DNA of 63,616 nt, the filler included, from Octopus bimaculoides (Eukaryota), in assembly GCF_001194135.2 (NCBI RefSeq). It is 3 parts of 3 records of this genome, joined end to end, with 100 filler letters (N's around TTAATTAATTAA, not from the genome) between each part and the next. Parts side by side here need not be neighbours in the genome. Positions count along the whole stretch, not along the records: positions 1 to 24,243 come from NC_069003.1; positions 24,344 to 37,884 come from NC_068984.1; 1 more part is not named here. One strand, written 5' to 3'. Below are positions 13,004-26,359 of the stretch, piece after piece (positions within the stretch are counted from its first letter, which is position 1; every line of letters starts with the position of its first letter). Under the pieces are notes generated by a model, which was not told the origin of the DNA, did no database searches, and worked only from the letters and a program-made list of their open reading frames with translations. The translations under genes and the position numbers were made by a program.

Positions 13004-13629
13004 NNNNNNNNNNNNNNNNNNNNNNNNNNNNNNNNNNNNNNNNNNNNNNNNNNNNNNNNNNNNNNNNNNNNNNNNNNNNNNNNNNNNNNNNNNNNNNNNN
13101 NNNNNNNNNNNNNNNNNNNNNNNNNNNNNNNNNNNNNNNNNNNNNNNNNNNNNNNNNNNNNNNNNNNNNNNNNNNNNNNNNNNNNNNNNNNNNNNNNNNN
13201 NNNNNNNNNNNNNNNNNNNNNNNNNNNNNNNNNNNNNNNNNNNNNNNNNNNNNNNNNNNNNNNNNNNNNNNNNNNNNNNNNNNNNNNNNNNNNNNNNNNN
13301 NNNNNNNNNNNNNNNNNNNNNNNNNNNNNNNNNNNNNNNNNNNNNNNNNNNNNNNNNNNNNNNNNNNNNNNNNNNNNNNNNNNNNNNNNNNNNNNNNNNN
13401 NNNNNNNNNNNNNNNNNNNNNNNNNNNNNNNNNNNNNNNNNNNNNNNNNNNNNNNNNNNNNNNNNNNNNNNNNNNNNNNNNNNNNNNNNNNNNNNNNNNN
13501 NNNNNNNNNNNNNNNNNNNNNNNNNNNNAAAAATTGACATTTTAAACTTGAGAAAATTCTTGCATATTTTTATTTTCCACAAACAGATTTTATTTCTAAT
13601 GTGTATGTATGTATGAATGTATATATGTA

Positions 13630-15900
13630 TATCATTGTTCAGTTTTATTTCAAGATTTCTTGGCAACAGAGAAAGAGCCGGTTTCTAACCTAGATCCAAG
13701 GCTCCTTCATTGGAATTTCACCATCAACAACAAGATGTTTTTGCTTGTATGTGTGTTTGTCATTATTCAATTTTATTTCAAGATTTCTTGCTAGTGGAGA
13801 AAAAGCCGGTCTCTAATCTAGATCCAAGGGTACTTCATTAGTATTTCAGGAACATCAACAGGGTATTTTTACATGTATGTGTATATACGTGCAGTATTTG
13901 GAGTCACTGCATGTGCAAATTTGTGTTTTGTTTTATGTGTTTTCTCAGGCATGTCTAAAAATACATATATATATTTAAATGATAAACTTCTGAAAAGTTT
14001 TATAGATTTTTACAGTTCCAGTGATGGCTTGAATCTGTAATCTTCAAATCAACTTTCTCCTTTCTGGTTTTACGAAGACTAATTTCTCAAGATTGGTACT
14101 TAGGCAGTGTGTTGCATATACCAGTGCCCCGATAATTATAAGTATAAACCTGAATTCGTAATTTGTGTAGAGTCACTGTAGATTTCTCAATAGTTCAGCG
14201 TAGGTATCTTCTTTTTCGCTGATCCTTAGCTTTATATTAACATCCGCTGGGCAGCTTATTCCCACAACAGTACACAGTTTCTCTTTTCTAATTCTTCAGA
14301 ATATGTTTATACATATGCATGCAACCACTGAAAATTTCTGATCTGGAGTTAGGGATCTTAATTTGAACAGGATCTGCGTTCTTTCAGCCAAACAAAGTCT
14401 ACATTTATTCGATCCATTCACATAAAGTATGGATTTCTCAATTACTTTCCATTTAATCATATGTGGTATTTCGTTATCTTTTAAACTCCATACATAGCTC
14501 GCCAACTTAGTAGCTTTGCTTTTGTCCCTACGTCGGAAGGAGGCTATGTGATTGACATAGCGATTTTTAAATTCTCCTTCAATATAGTTTTTCTTATCAG
14601 TTGTATTATTATTTAAGGTTACAGTAACTTCTGCCTTATATATGATAGATTTAGTCGTACACCGTTGGTCAAGTGGACAAGATCCTGGGTCGCGACAGTT
14701 GCAGTTGGACTCAGGATCTTGGTGTTGAACACGTGTAATGATACTCTTCATATTAGGGCAACAGCCATATGATAATTCACAGAACGCCTATTAAATATTT
14801 TTCTGTATGCGTGAGTGGTTGGAAAGTGTTTGTTTAGGAGTGACGAGAATCTTTTGCCAATGTTAGTTTTTATATTAAGGGAAAGTGGAGGGGCGAACCA
14901 AATAATTTTCTTTGGCCTGTTTTTAGGTTTCTTATTATCCTGATTAATACTAGAGTGGTCAAGTACTACTTATCTTTGAAACCACTAGATCTATTATTAA
15001 TATTTTGATCATTAGAGGGATTATATATTAATTTATCTTTGAAGCCACTATTGGCTAGGACAGCTTTCTCGAAAATTTCTTTGGGCGAAGAGAGGTTAGA
15101 CACTGTTGCTAATATTAGCTTTCAGATTTTTAAATACTATAGGAGGGTGACAAGACTGTTTATGTATATATGTGAGTTTCTCATTAGGCTTACGGAAAGG
15201 TTTGTACGAGGTGTTTAAATCTAGGGAAACATCTAAATAATCAACTACATAGAGATCAGTAGCTACTGTGATTTTAACTCCTAATTGATTAAAAGTTGAA
15301 ATTAGTTCCTTCCTAAATCTATCGAGGGTGTGACCATCACAACCCATGGGAAATACTCAAACTGTCGGCCAATGTCATGAGCTGGGTATCTATATCGCAA
15401 TGTGTTTAACATAAACAAACCCACAAGATCACAGACATCAGCACTATCATATAATGCCATAGATATATCAAATAGTTCATTACTATGCGACTTTTTTACC
15501 CATGCTAATCCTTTACCGTTTTCCTCGCGTGCCTGATAAAATCTAGATCTATAGGGATCAATTTCAACATATGAATTAGCAAATTCAATAGCTTTACCAA
15601 GCAACAATCTAGATATAGAGGGATAAAAGTCTATAATATTAAATTTGGTAAATTTAGCCTTATTTCTATTCTTGATATTCTTAAACCAATCTATTACAGT
15701 AAGACCTTGAAGCCCAGTAATTTCCCTAATTCTGATATTAATATTTCTAAATATTTTTATAGCTACTAGCCCAATTTCAGATCACAGTGGGTTTAACAAT
15801 CTACAGGTAGGATTATCATAAAAATTGGACTTATGGTCTCTTAAAGTAATAAGCTAAGCATTCTAATCTATCATCGATATTACTACATTTAGCAAGGAAT
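13630..15900 (-). mobile_element. Penelope-like element: degenerate RT plus GIY-YIG endonuclease and 3' repeats
   Basis: FDISMALYDSADVCDLVGLF, VVDYLDVSLDL..YKPFRKPNEKLTYIHKQSCHPP, CNCRDPGSCPLDQRCTTKSIIYKAEV, FKNRYVNHIASFR, KCRLCLAER. Tandem ~135-bp repeats at 13630-13880. Confidence 0.92.
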
Positions 15901-16117
15901 TTAACTTCATATAAGAAAAATGGGATTAACAAATCCTGGCAGATATCAATAAAACACTTGTTATTAAAATAATTTAGTTATACAAGTAGAATACATATCC
16001 CAGGTAAATCCTTATGCATGACAGGTAAATCCAATTATCCTTTTGCAGAATTTAGAGAAGAGTATTTAACAACAAAAAATACGTACAGAGAAAATACGCT
16101 ACCTTATAAAGCCGACG

Positions 16118-16460
16118 GCTCTAGGATAATTGCCACCGGGAAAATTGCCACTGCGATAATTGCCACTCGGAACATTGTCCATGTGGGGAAAATTTCCACT
16201 GGGAACACAGCCACTCGGAACATTGTCCATGTGGGGAAAATTTCCACTGGGAACACAGCCACTCGGAACATTGCCCATATGTGAACACGCACACACACAC
16301 ATTCCTTCTATGATTGGAGACAGGTGTGAAAGTAAAATTTTACTGAATATTTCCCAGTTGCAATGCTCCCACCTGGACAGTTTTCCCAGTGCCATTGTTC
16401 ACACATGGGCAACGTTCCAAGTGGTAGTGTTCCCAGTGGCATATATACAAAAATAGCCGG
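16118..16460. repeat. Foldback/MITE-like element with internal 48-bp tandem repeat
   Basis: GCCACTCGGAACATTGTCCATGTGGGGAAAATTTCCACTGGGAACACA repeated about 2.5 times (16162-16280). 16355-16445 is an imperfect inverted arm. Confidence 0.65.
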
Positions 16461-17809
16461 TTATAGATGGCCTCAATCCAACATAGAGAGAGAAGGTAGT
16501 GTATATTTTGCGTCTTAAAGAAAGAAAAGAAGACATTAATATAATATCAAAGGATATTGAGAAGGAGAAAAAGAAAATGGAAAAAAGGAAACAGAAGAAC
16601 GCATGTATATATAAATATATAATAATGCCATATAATATCATACTTATCTATAATACTGCAATACAAAAAATTTAAAGTTATAAAATTTCAGTCAAGTAGA
16701 AACAAACAGTGGCAATCATGTATTAACCGGAGTTATACGAAAGGGATAAATATTTTCTAAATATAATAATAATAATAATAACTTGTCGTTTATGTTTATA
16801 TTATTATAAATGAAACAAAATTTAATTAAAGTAAATAAATAAATATCAAGTCCAGAATAATATGGAATGAGAAAAATATCAAATACATAATATATCCATA
16901 CATCCCTTAAGAAAATTTATTTGTAGCCTTTAGGGTAAAAAACAATAATAATAAAAATAAAGTAATAGATAGGAAAAAAATGTAAAAACTAAAGATTTCA
17001 GTCATACAGTATTCCGTTAGAGAAACCAGAAGTAAATAAGCTACAAAACATGCTTAAGGGGATAAAGGAATTATGTAAGAGGAAATACTTATATATAAAT
17101 AAATTGAAAATAAAATAAAATAAATTACAATGAATTACGTAAAATGCCTTCATGTATGGAAAAATATATATAAAGACAGCAAAGTAGGAACAAATATAAA
17201 CTGGGGCATATCAGAAAATGTAATTAGAGGTAAATAAAAAAAATCGAGGATAAATAAGGAAGTTAATGATAACCTAGGATTAGTTCGTCTATAAGTAGAC
17301 GTATTATATACTAGTTATTATATATTAAATAATAAGACTAATGGAGAAATAAGCTCAATTATACATCAGAAATAAAATAAGTCATTATTTTATATATATA
17401 TAATATAATCTTGAGTCATATCTCTGTACTAAACAGTAATATAAGATTTACCAAAGCTCTTAATTTTCATAAAATAAAATAATTGTAGTATATGACATAG
17501 CATGCATTTAATTAGGTAGATTAACTTACAATCAAAATGTAATTTTAACCTTAAAACTAACAAAGAATTGATATGCTACAGAAAGGATGTACTAATAACA
17601 CATTACAGGAATAAATGCATGACATAATGTAATATAATATAATGCAGAAAAATAATGAGAAATTTTGTTGAATGAAAATATTATTATCAATACAGATTAG
17701 AATAAGAGATAAATAATAATGAATTAAACCAGGTTAAAACCAAAGAGTATTTTACATAATATATGTGAAATTAGGAATATATATCTGATAAATTAATAAT
17801 ATATCATAA

Positions 17810-18050
17810 AAAACAATTGCATCGTGGACGGTGTTTATAAGCCATTTAAAAACACACAAAAATCGTTAGATTCACTTCAACGTTTAAACTTAATTTGTCA
17901 AAATATTTTCGTCGCTTTGAGTCCGCGACCTCTTCACTGAAAAAATTCCGTACTGCAATATAATTTTACAAATTAAATTTAAATGTTAAAGTGAATCTAA
18001 AACGGTTTTTGTATGTTTTTTAAATGGCTTCCACGCTGCAATTGTCTTTT
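17810..18050. repeat. Palindromic repeat with a central hammerhead-like motif
   Basis: Arms 17814-17892 and 17975-18047 are imperfect inverted repeats. The centre on minus reads TTTTCA-GTGAAGA-G-GTCGC..GCGAC-GAAAATATT-T-TGACAAA. Confidence 0.65.
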
Positions 18051-18559
18051 GTTTCAGTACACCATCTCAGATCAGGTCACTTGCTATGCAAGTACATCTC
18101 CGTAATAATAATATATCATGAATTAGGAACTTATTACAGGTAAACAATTACGTTAATTAATATTAAAAAAGGAATAGAGAATGGAGACCCATAAATCCAT
18201 ATACACACACATATATACACGCGCGCGCACGCGGGCACACACACACACACACACACACACGCATACATATATATATATATATACATAAATACCCGGTAAA
18301 AGTTAGATAAATTGGGTTGATCATAGAATTTAGTTAGATTCAATATAGTTTGTGGGAAAGGGATAAATAAGTTAATATATAAGATATATATGAATATTAA
18401 TGCAGGGGTAAGATATATATGAATATTAATGTAAAGGCAAAATATATATCCATACATAAAGTAGGGGTTAAAAATATATTGATTTTAAAGAGGAGCTTAA
18501 TGTAGTAAAAGGTAAAAGGGTTAAATATGTAGCTAAATAGGTTAGACATGGATACAAAT

Positions 18560-18990
18560 GCAAGTAATAAAATAACTAAATAATATTATATCAATATTTT
18601 GCGAATACATACTTAGCCCTATGAATACAAGTGTTGCGTTCATCCCGAAGGTTAAGGATAGGGTATCTCGCCAAGAGAATAAAGAATTTTTCATAGAGGC
18701 ATAAGTGACATTTACTCATACTTATTTGATAAGAGGATGCGGAGGTTAATATTTCCCATTTTAAATCATACTGTATATTCTTATCTTTTATCTCCCAAAT
18801 AAATTTGCTCAGACGAGTGGAACCAGATCTACCTCTATTTCTGAAAGAATAGATGTGAGATGCCAAACAACTCTTCATTCCCTGTGCAGTTACTGTACAT
18901 TGATATGCTATGGTTTTAGGCTTACATGCATTTCTAAGTAAGCAGTTACTTTTAATTCTAGTCACAGCTATTAGGTATATCATTGACTTT
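18560..18990 (-). pseudogene. Penelope-like GIY-YIG endonuclease fragment
   Basis: NCLLRNACKPKTIAYQCTV..HIYSFRN..STRLSKFIWEIKDKNIQYDLKWEIL..KCHLCLYEKFFI..CIHRAKY. Confidence 0.88.
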
Positions 18991-19069
18991 AGGGATATTC
19001 AGTAAATATACACTACCTTCACCCCCTATATTGGACTGAGGCATTATTATATATTTATATATTCATGCA

Positions 19070-19360
19070 TTCTTCTGCTTCCTGTTAGGATCAAGTCTAA
19101 TGGCTCTCAGTGTTGTTTTGAGTTGGTCCTTCTATCTTCGAAGAGGGCAATCCCGTGGTCTTTTCCTTTAACTGAACTCGCTGAATAAAATATGGCGTAG
19201 GAACTTTGACTCTCCCATTCTTGCAACATGTCCTAACCATCAAAGACGGTGTTTCATGATCAGAGATTCGATACTTTGACTGTTGGTTCTTTCTAGGAGT
19301 GTTGGTCATTTAGTGTTCCCATTTGAAGTTCATAAGATAATCGTTTGTCCCTTTATCATC
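19070..19360 (-). pseudogene. RTE (BovB-like) LINE 3' remnant
   Basis: Shifted frames give SLIMKHRL*WLGHVARMGESKFLRHILFSE..KRPR..KDQLK. Confidence 0.7.
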
Positions 19361-19525
19361 TTTTTTTTTCTTACTACCACTCTGTACTCGACTAACGCTT
19401 CCTTCAAAAACATACGTATATTGAGTGCTACACCAGGTTCTTAGTATCACAATGCCTAAGCCAGATATGTATGTGTATGTACTTTTTATACTTTTTTTGT
19501 TGATTTTTCTGTCACCGAACAATAC

Positions 19526-19574
<49 letters not shown>

Positions 19575-19681
19575 ATTTGAGGATGGTCATCTTGCCAGTT
19601 TAGCCAATAAAAACACACGCACTATATATTTGGTGTTAATTTGCTTCAGCTTTATTTCATTTTTTACATTAATCGTATTTC

Positions 19682-19726
19682 GGCCAGAGTTCTTTCGTTA
19701 CACTTCTGTGACCTCATCAGTGGTCC
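19682..19726 (-). ncRNA. Minimal type I hammerhead ribozyme (inverted copy)
   Basis: GGACCA-CTGATGA-G-GTCAC agaagt GTAAC-GAAA-GAAC-TC-TGGCC; one stem II mismatch. Confidence 0.65.
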
Positions 19727-20856
19727 ATTGCTTTCTTCTTTCTTATTTGTGTGTCTTTTCTTACAAACGATCAGCCATTTTGTATTTTGTATTCCTATGA
19801 TAGCCACAAATACCAGAGTATCATTTTCGTCGACACCATCCCTAGAGGCGAACTGGCGTACCGCTTTAGAAGGGCCCTAGACAAACTCAAGCTAAGAATT
19901 AAGGTTGTTGAAAGGCCANNNNNNNNNNTAGACAAACTCAAGCTAAGAATTAAGGTTGTTGAAAGGCCAGGCAACCCTATCAAATCCCTAATCGGTAGAA
20001 CCTACCCTTTTAGTAGAACCTACCCTGTTAGTAGAACCCCCTGTACTGATAGGAACTGTACTGATAGGAACTGTACTGATAGGAACTGTACTGATAGGAA
20101 CTGTACTGATAGGAACTGTACTGTATGCTGATTTAGCCCACAAACAAACTGTGAAGCCAGAAATGTAGTCTATAGTATAAGATGTACAGAGGGACGGTGC
20201 AATAACAAGACAATGACGTACGTAGGGGAAACAGCATGGAACATAAGAGAGCGGGTAAATGAGCATTGGAGGGAACTTAAGGAAGAGAAGAGCTCATCGG
20301 TTCTGTACCAGCACGCCGATCAGGAACACGGGGGCTCACTCAACAACACATAGAACAGACGCAACGCTCAGACAAATTACAGAAGCTACACACATAATAG
20401 AAGATAAATCTATCCTGAATAGGAAACTGGAGTGGAACACTAGCACACACCCCCAGCACACCACGACATATGACAGAATAAGATCCCCATAAACTAATAA
20501 CAATATGAACAAGATATAATACAATACACAGATAAACAAATAAATAACTATATACGTTAACAAAATTAAATTAAATTAAATACAAAAACTGAACAAAATA
20601 CAAGAATCTTGCACACGAAATACACATACGAAATATGAACAAAATAAATAAAAACAAATTAAATGAACGTGTATGAACAGGGGATACAGATAATACAGGC
20701 ACTCCTCCTCCCCTACGCATACACGCACTTACTAAACATAGACACACATAGGGGTGTACGCATGCGCAAATAAAGACACATACAATAAGAATACAAAATA
20801 CAAAATGGCTGATCGTTAGTAAGGAAAGACACACAAATAAGAAAGAAGAAAGTAAA

Positions 20857-20901
20857 GGACCACTGATGAGGTCACAGAAGTGTGACGAAAGAACTCTGAC
20901 C
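20857..20901 (+). ncRNA. Minimal type I hammerhead ribozyme
   Basis: GGACCA-CTGATGA-G-GTCAC agaagt GTGAC-GAAA-GAAC-TC-TGACC: intact core, perfect 5-bp stem II, predicted cleavage after CUC at 20896. Confidence 0.75.
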
Positions 20902-21829
20902 GAAATACGACTAATGCAAAAAATAAAATAATGCTGAAGCAAATTAACACCAAATGTATAGAGCGTGTGTTTTTATTGGCTAAACTGGCAACATGACCAT
21001 CCCCAAATATAACAATATCTGTTTCAACACACGATTTCACATCATGAATCTTGCAAAACGAATATNNNNNNNNNNNNNNNNNNNNNNNNNNNNNNNNNNN
21101 NNNNNNNNNNNNNNNNNNNNNNNNNNNNNNNNNNNNNNNNNNNNNNNNNNNNNNNNNNNNNNNNNNNNNNNNNNNNNNNNNNNNNNNNNNNNNNNNNNNN
21201 NNNNNNNNNNNNNNNNNNNNNNNNNNNNNNNNNNNNNNNNNNNNNNNNNNNNNNNNNNNNNNNNNNNNNNNNNNNNNNNNNNNNNNNNNNNNNNNNNNNN
21301 NNNNNNNNNNNNNNNNNNNNNNNNNNNNNNNNNNNNNNNNNNNNNNNNNNNNNNNNNNNNNNNNNNNNNNNNNNNNNNNNNNNNNNNNNNNNNNNNNNNN
21401 NNNNNNNNNNNNNNNNNNNNNNNNNNNNNNNNNNNNNNNNNNNNNNNNNNNNNNNNNNNNNNNNNNNNNNNNNNNNNNNNNNNNNNNNNNNNNNNNNNNN
21501 NNNNNNNNNNNNNNNNNNNNNNNNNNNNNNNNNNNNNNNNNNNNNNNNNNNNNTAATGAAATAATAATAAAAAAAACAAGCAAACAAGAATTTTACATTA
21601 TGACAATTAGAAATCTACTCAGAAATATTATGTAAAAAAAGATATTTTTTTATACGACTATTGGTGACGTCACCGGATAACTAAAGAATAAAAACAATAA
21701 ACATAAGAATTCTATGTTATGATTAATAGAAACTTAGATACCGTCACAACAATTAGTTATCTATTTATTCATTATACTAAACCGTTTATTAGAATTAACC
21801 TTATCATATATGTGAAAAATTATTATAGT

Positions 21830-23440
21830 TAATAACTGAAATATTTGAATGTCTTTCCAAATTTATGGCAACATCTTATTGTAAAGTTTCCATTAAAATT
21901 CAATAAAATTAATTTAGAAGAAATTATATCATCCATTTCTTCAAGGCAAAGGATCACATGTAGAATTACCAATATTGTACGACGTTGCATAACTAATAAT
22001 GGACCACTTTAAATCATACTTAATGTTTTATCTTTTAATGCCAAAATGCACTTAGTAAGATTTGTAGAATTACTTTTTCTTCTATACTTAAATGAGTGAG
22101 AATGATTATGAAATCTAAATTTCCAAATTGTAGCAGATGAACCAATATAATAATACTTACGATTTTCAGCTATTATCTTACACTCATATACAATATTTTC
22201 CCTTAAACACTGATTTTCTAAAGGGTATAAAAATTTGTGCTGACAATTACACTGCCATTTATTCACTTGTATTTGGTACTCATAGTTAAAGAAATTTCCA
22301 CTAGTTCTCTTCGGCAAACTAGGTGTTAAGGTAGGATTATTATTATTACAATCAATATTAAGGCTAGGTAATAACCTAACTGTTTTTATCAGAGTTGTCA
22401 TTAGTTATAGAATCAAAACTTAGTTCAGAAAGAGTTCAGAAAGAGTATCATATATATATANNNNNNNNNNNNNNNNNNNNNNNNNNNNNNNNNNNNNNNN
22501 NNNNNNNNNNNNNNNNNNNNNNNNNNNNNNNNNNNNNNNNNNNNNNNNNNNNNNNNNNNNNNNNNNNNNNNNNNNNNNNNNNNNNNNNNNNNNNNNNNNN
22601 NNNNNNNNNNNNNNNNNNNNNNNNNNNNNNNNNNNNNNNNNNNNNNNNNNNNNNNNNNNNNNNNNNNNNNNNNNNNNNNNNNNNNNNNNNNNNNNNNNNN
22701 NNNNNNNNNNNNNNNNNNNNNNNNNNNNNNNNNNNNNNNNNNNNNNNNNNNNNNNNNNNNNNNNNNNNNNNNNNNNNNNNNNNNNNNNNNNNNNNNNNNN
22801 NNNNNNNNNNNNNNNNNNNNNNNNNNNNNNNNNNNNNNNNNNNNNNNNNNNNNNNNNNNNNNNNNNNNNNNNNNNNNNNNNNNNNNNNNNNNNNNNNNNN
22901 NNNNNNNNNNNNNNNNNNNNNNNNNNNNNNNNNNNNNNNNNNNNNNNNNNNNNNNNNNNNNNNNNNNNNNNNNNNNNNNNNNNNNNNNNNNNNNNNNNNN
23001 NNNNNNNNNNNNNNNNNNNNNNNNNNNNNNNNNNNNNNNNNNNNNNNNNNNNNTATATATATATCAGGTCGCCATATTTTGCTCTCAACTTTTCACTTAT
23101 CCGACCTTTGACACGTAACATCATTTCCCAAATGTAAAATCTATTTTTGAAAAATAACTCACTAAACAGTTTAATTTTTAAATATTAATATAAAGATCTT
23201 ACACCCATTCTTAAGCCCATCTTCTCTCTGTTTTGAGCATTACGATATAAACCATAGTTTATATTCAAAGTAATTATATCATTAGAAAATTTAACATTTC
23301 TATATACCATAACAGAATATATTTTCCTTTATTCAATAACCAAAACCAATTTCAATATGGCAACTTCATATATCGTCTTTAGAAGTGTCTCACTATTCAA
23401 ATATTGTCTATTCAATATTGTCAAAGTGATATTTTCTTTT
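21830..23440 (-). mobile_element. Degenerate Penelope-like element (RT 23060-23440, gap, GIY-YIG 21830-22400)
   Basis: CNCQHK..PLENQCLRENIVYECKI..YYIGSS..FRFHNHSHSFK. The RT side carries a GLYR(DD)-like motif. Confidence 0.8.
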
Positions 23441-23916
23441 ACGTCATCTATCTATCTATTTATCTATATATATATTTATCTATCCATCTGTCTGTCTATT
23501 AATCTTTTTATCTGTTTATCTGTTTCCCTCTCTCTGTCTTTATGAACACGCGCGCGCGCACAAACTCGCGTAAACTCGCACACAAACACAAATTTGCAGT
23601 CTTCATAACATGCTCAATTTCCAGACAATTCCTCCTCAATAACTTTTCATACACTACTACTACTACTATATATTGTGATAATGATATAGAGGAGGCTACA
23701 CGATGTCTACAAGCAGTAGCAACTCACTAAGAAAAAATTAAAGTGTTTAGTTTGTCCAAACATATTTTCTTCATTGTGGTACATATATAAATACCACTTT
23801 ATTGCCAAGGTTCTTATATTCTTTCTCTCTCCTTAAAAAATCTTGACTAATACACTTTCTGACTGAAAAATATATAAATTTAGCTGTTTCGCTAACATTA
23901 TAGTTATTTTTTCGGC

Positions 23917-23953
<37 letters not shown>

Positions 23954-24243
23954 AATATATATATATATATATATAAAATTAAGAAATCTCAAAGTAGCAA
24001 AATTCTTTTTGCTACCATTGGTAGGAGGAGCAGTCAAACTCCAAACCACAATTAAGGATAATTTCGAAAGGGAATGAAAAATAAAAACATTTACCATCTA
24101 TTTCCTGAACCAAGGTTTCAAGCTATTTTCAGCAAAATAAAATAATTTGCTAGGCCAGCTATCATCAGCAGGAAAGACAAGATTAACACATAAATACGAG
24201 GCAATACATAGAACATGCCTCGTGCTTATATATTATAATTTTT

Positions 24244-24343
24244 NNNNNNNNNNNNNNNNNNNNNNNNNNNNNNNNNNNNNNNNNNNNTTAATTAATTAAN
24301 NNNNNNNNNNNNNNNNNNNNNNNNNNNNNNNNNNNNNNNNNNN
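24244..24343. other. Artificial scaffold-join linker N44-TTAATTAATTAA-N44
   Basis: Exactly 44 N + 12 nt + 44 N = 100 bp; the 12-mer contains stops in all six frames. Confidence 0.95.
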
Positions 24344-25169
24344 GTATATATATGGGTATGCATATATGCATATGTATATGTAATAATATATATAAATATA
24401 TATACATATATATATATGACAATGATTATGTATGTGCATACGAGTATATATATGGGTATGCATATATGCATATGTATATGTAATAATATATATAAATATA
24501 TATACATATATATGTTATATAAACATACGTATAATATATAACTATATACATATATACATACACGCTCACAGACACGCACACACGTGCATAAATATATACA
24601 TACAGAGCACACACGGTGGCATACCTATGTGTACGTGCGTGTGTATGCGTGTGCAAGGATAGATTAAAATATCGATCTGCAGAAAGTGAATGTCAATAAT
24701 CACTAGGATTATAATTAATCAACTTGGATTAACTAGCATAAAGATACCCTCCTCCTCCACCTGTTTCTCTCTCTCTCTCTCTTTCTTTCTTTCACACTCT
24801 ACACGCGCGCACACACACATGCATACACACATACACACACATACACATAGAGTTCTGCAGATGTATATAATCACGCAACGCATGCACATATATCCACTCT
24901 TATAAACATATACTTTGATAAATCAGATACATATATACACACATACAAACAATCAATCATGCGGCCATAATATGTATAACTCAACGTATTGATCTGCCAA
25001 CACGCAAGCGCATACACATGCGCACGCACGCACACGCAAATGGAAATCGTATATATACTTGTATACAACTACAAACACACAATGCTCCATACCTATACAC
25101 ACACACATACGTGCTCAGAAAAGTACCTTTATAAATAAATTCAGCTAAATCTGAAGCATAAGAGCTCTG

Positions 25170-25265
<96 letters not shown>

Positions 25266-25839
25266 GTAATAAGGATATAAGTGCATACGGACACACTTAT
25301 ATGTAAAGATAAACATACAGTGGATAAGAAATAACTATAGGTGTATATACATATATACGTGCAGATAAATATATGCACATGTATAAATATCGGCATATGC
25401 ACACCTAGGTGTACATAAACATACGCCGAGCAAGAATCAATACAGGTATGTACACATATCTGTGTTTTGGTAACCGTATACACACAATAAAAACAAATAT
25501 AGGCCCATACACACATATGTAAGGATATATAAACATGCCGTAAGAAAATAATATATAAGCGTATACAAATATACAGACATAAAATAAGCATTCCTAATGT
25601 AGAAATACAAATATTTTAAAGTCTGCAGATGTTGCAACGCAAATATTTCTACGCTCAGTACTGACGCCCATGTATACATACACATAATATATGCGCGTAT
25701 ACATTGGTGATAAAGAATGCAAAGAATACACCCAATACTGTGGTAAAGTGTGTGTAATTAATTCAGACATTCGATAAAGTTAGGTCAATATATTTATTTC
25801 CACCCGTAATAAGAACAGATTTCGTCAGTGTTTTCGTTT

Positions 25840-26070
25840 AGTCTTTTTTTTTCCTTCTTTTACTTATTTCAGTCATTGGGCTGCAGTCCATTCTGGAGTA
25901 ACCCCGTGAAGGGTCTAGTTGAACAAATGGATACTGGTATATATGTTTACAGAACCTGGTACTTGTACTATCGGTATCTCCGCCGAACCATTAAGTTAGG
26001 GAGACGTGATCATATCCAATGGAGATGGTGGTGGACAAACAATCATATCCAATGGCGCTGGTGGTGGACA
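25840..26070 (-). mobile_element. SINE family A fragment, degenerate
   Basis: Similar to the SINE A tail. Confidence 0.6.
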
Positions 26071-26359
26071 AAAACACACACACACACACACATACACACA
26101 CACACATACACACACACATACACACACACACACACACTATTGTTTCTTTCAAAAGAGACAAAGAGTTAATAGGACTGCAAAACAGAAGTGCTGAAATAGA
26201 TGAGACAAGGATAATTAAATATTGGCCATAGAACAAACATTAAAATGAGTTAACGACTTTATATACGGTATCAAACCTCCAACATACCTCATATATAAAT
26301 AAATATTATCATGGCTTTATATATATATATATATGTATATACACAACTTTCTCCCATAT

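Larger units (their letters stand above)
19560..21060 (+). mobile_element. 5'-truncated Penelope-like element: GIY-YIG fragment between ~240-bp inverted repeats, each carrying a hammerhead
   Basis: 19800-20340 reads IFVDTIPRGELA..KVVERPGNPIKSL..PCTDRNC..C..CEARNVVYSIRC..YVGETAWNIRERVNEH. 19570-19800 is the reverse complement of 20780-21010. Confidence 0.88.

Noticed and set aside
25991-26236. Hydrophobic ORF start (FYGQYLIILVSS..LLKET) resembling the SLC22 C-terminus
   Set aside because: No acceptor in a suitable position; runs into (GT)n.
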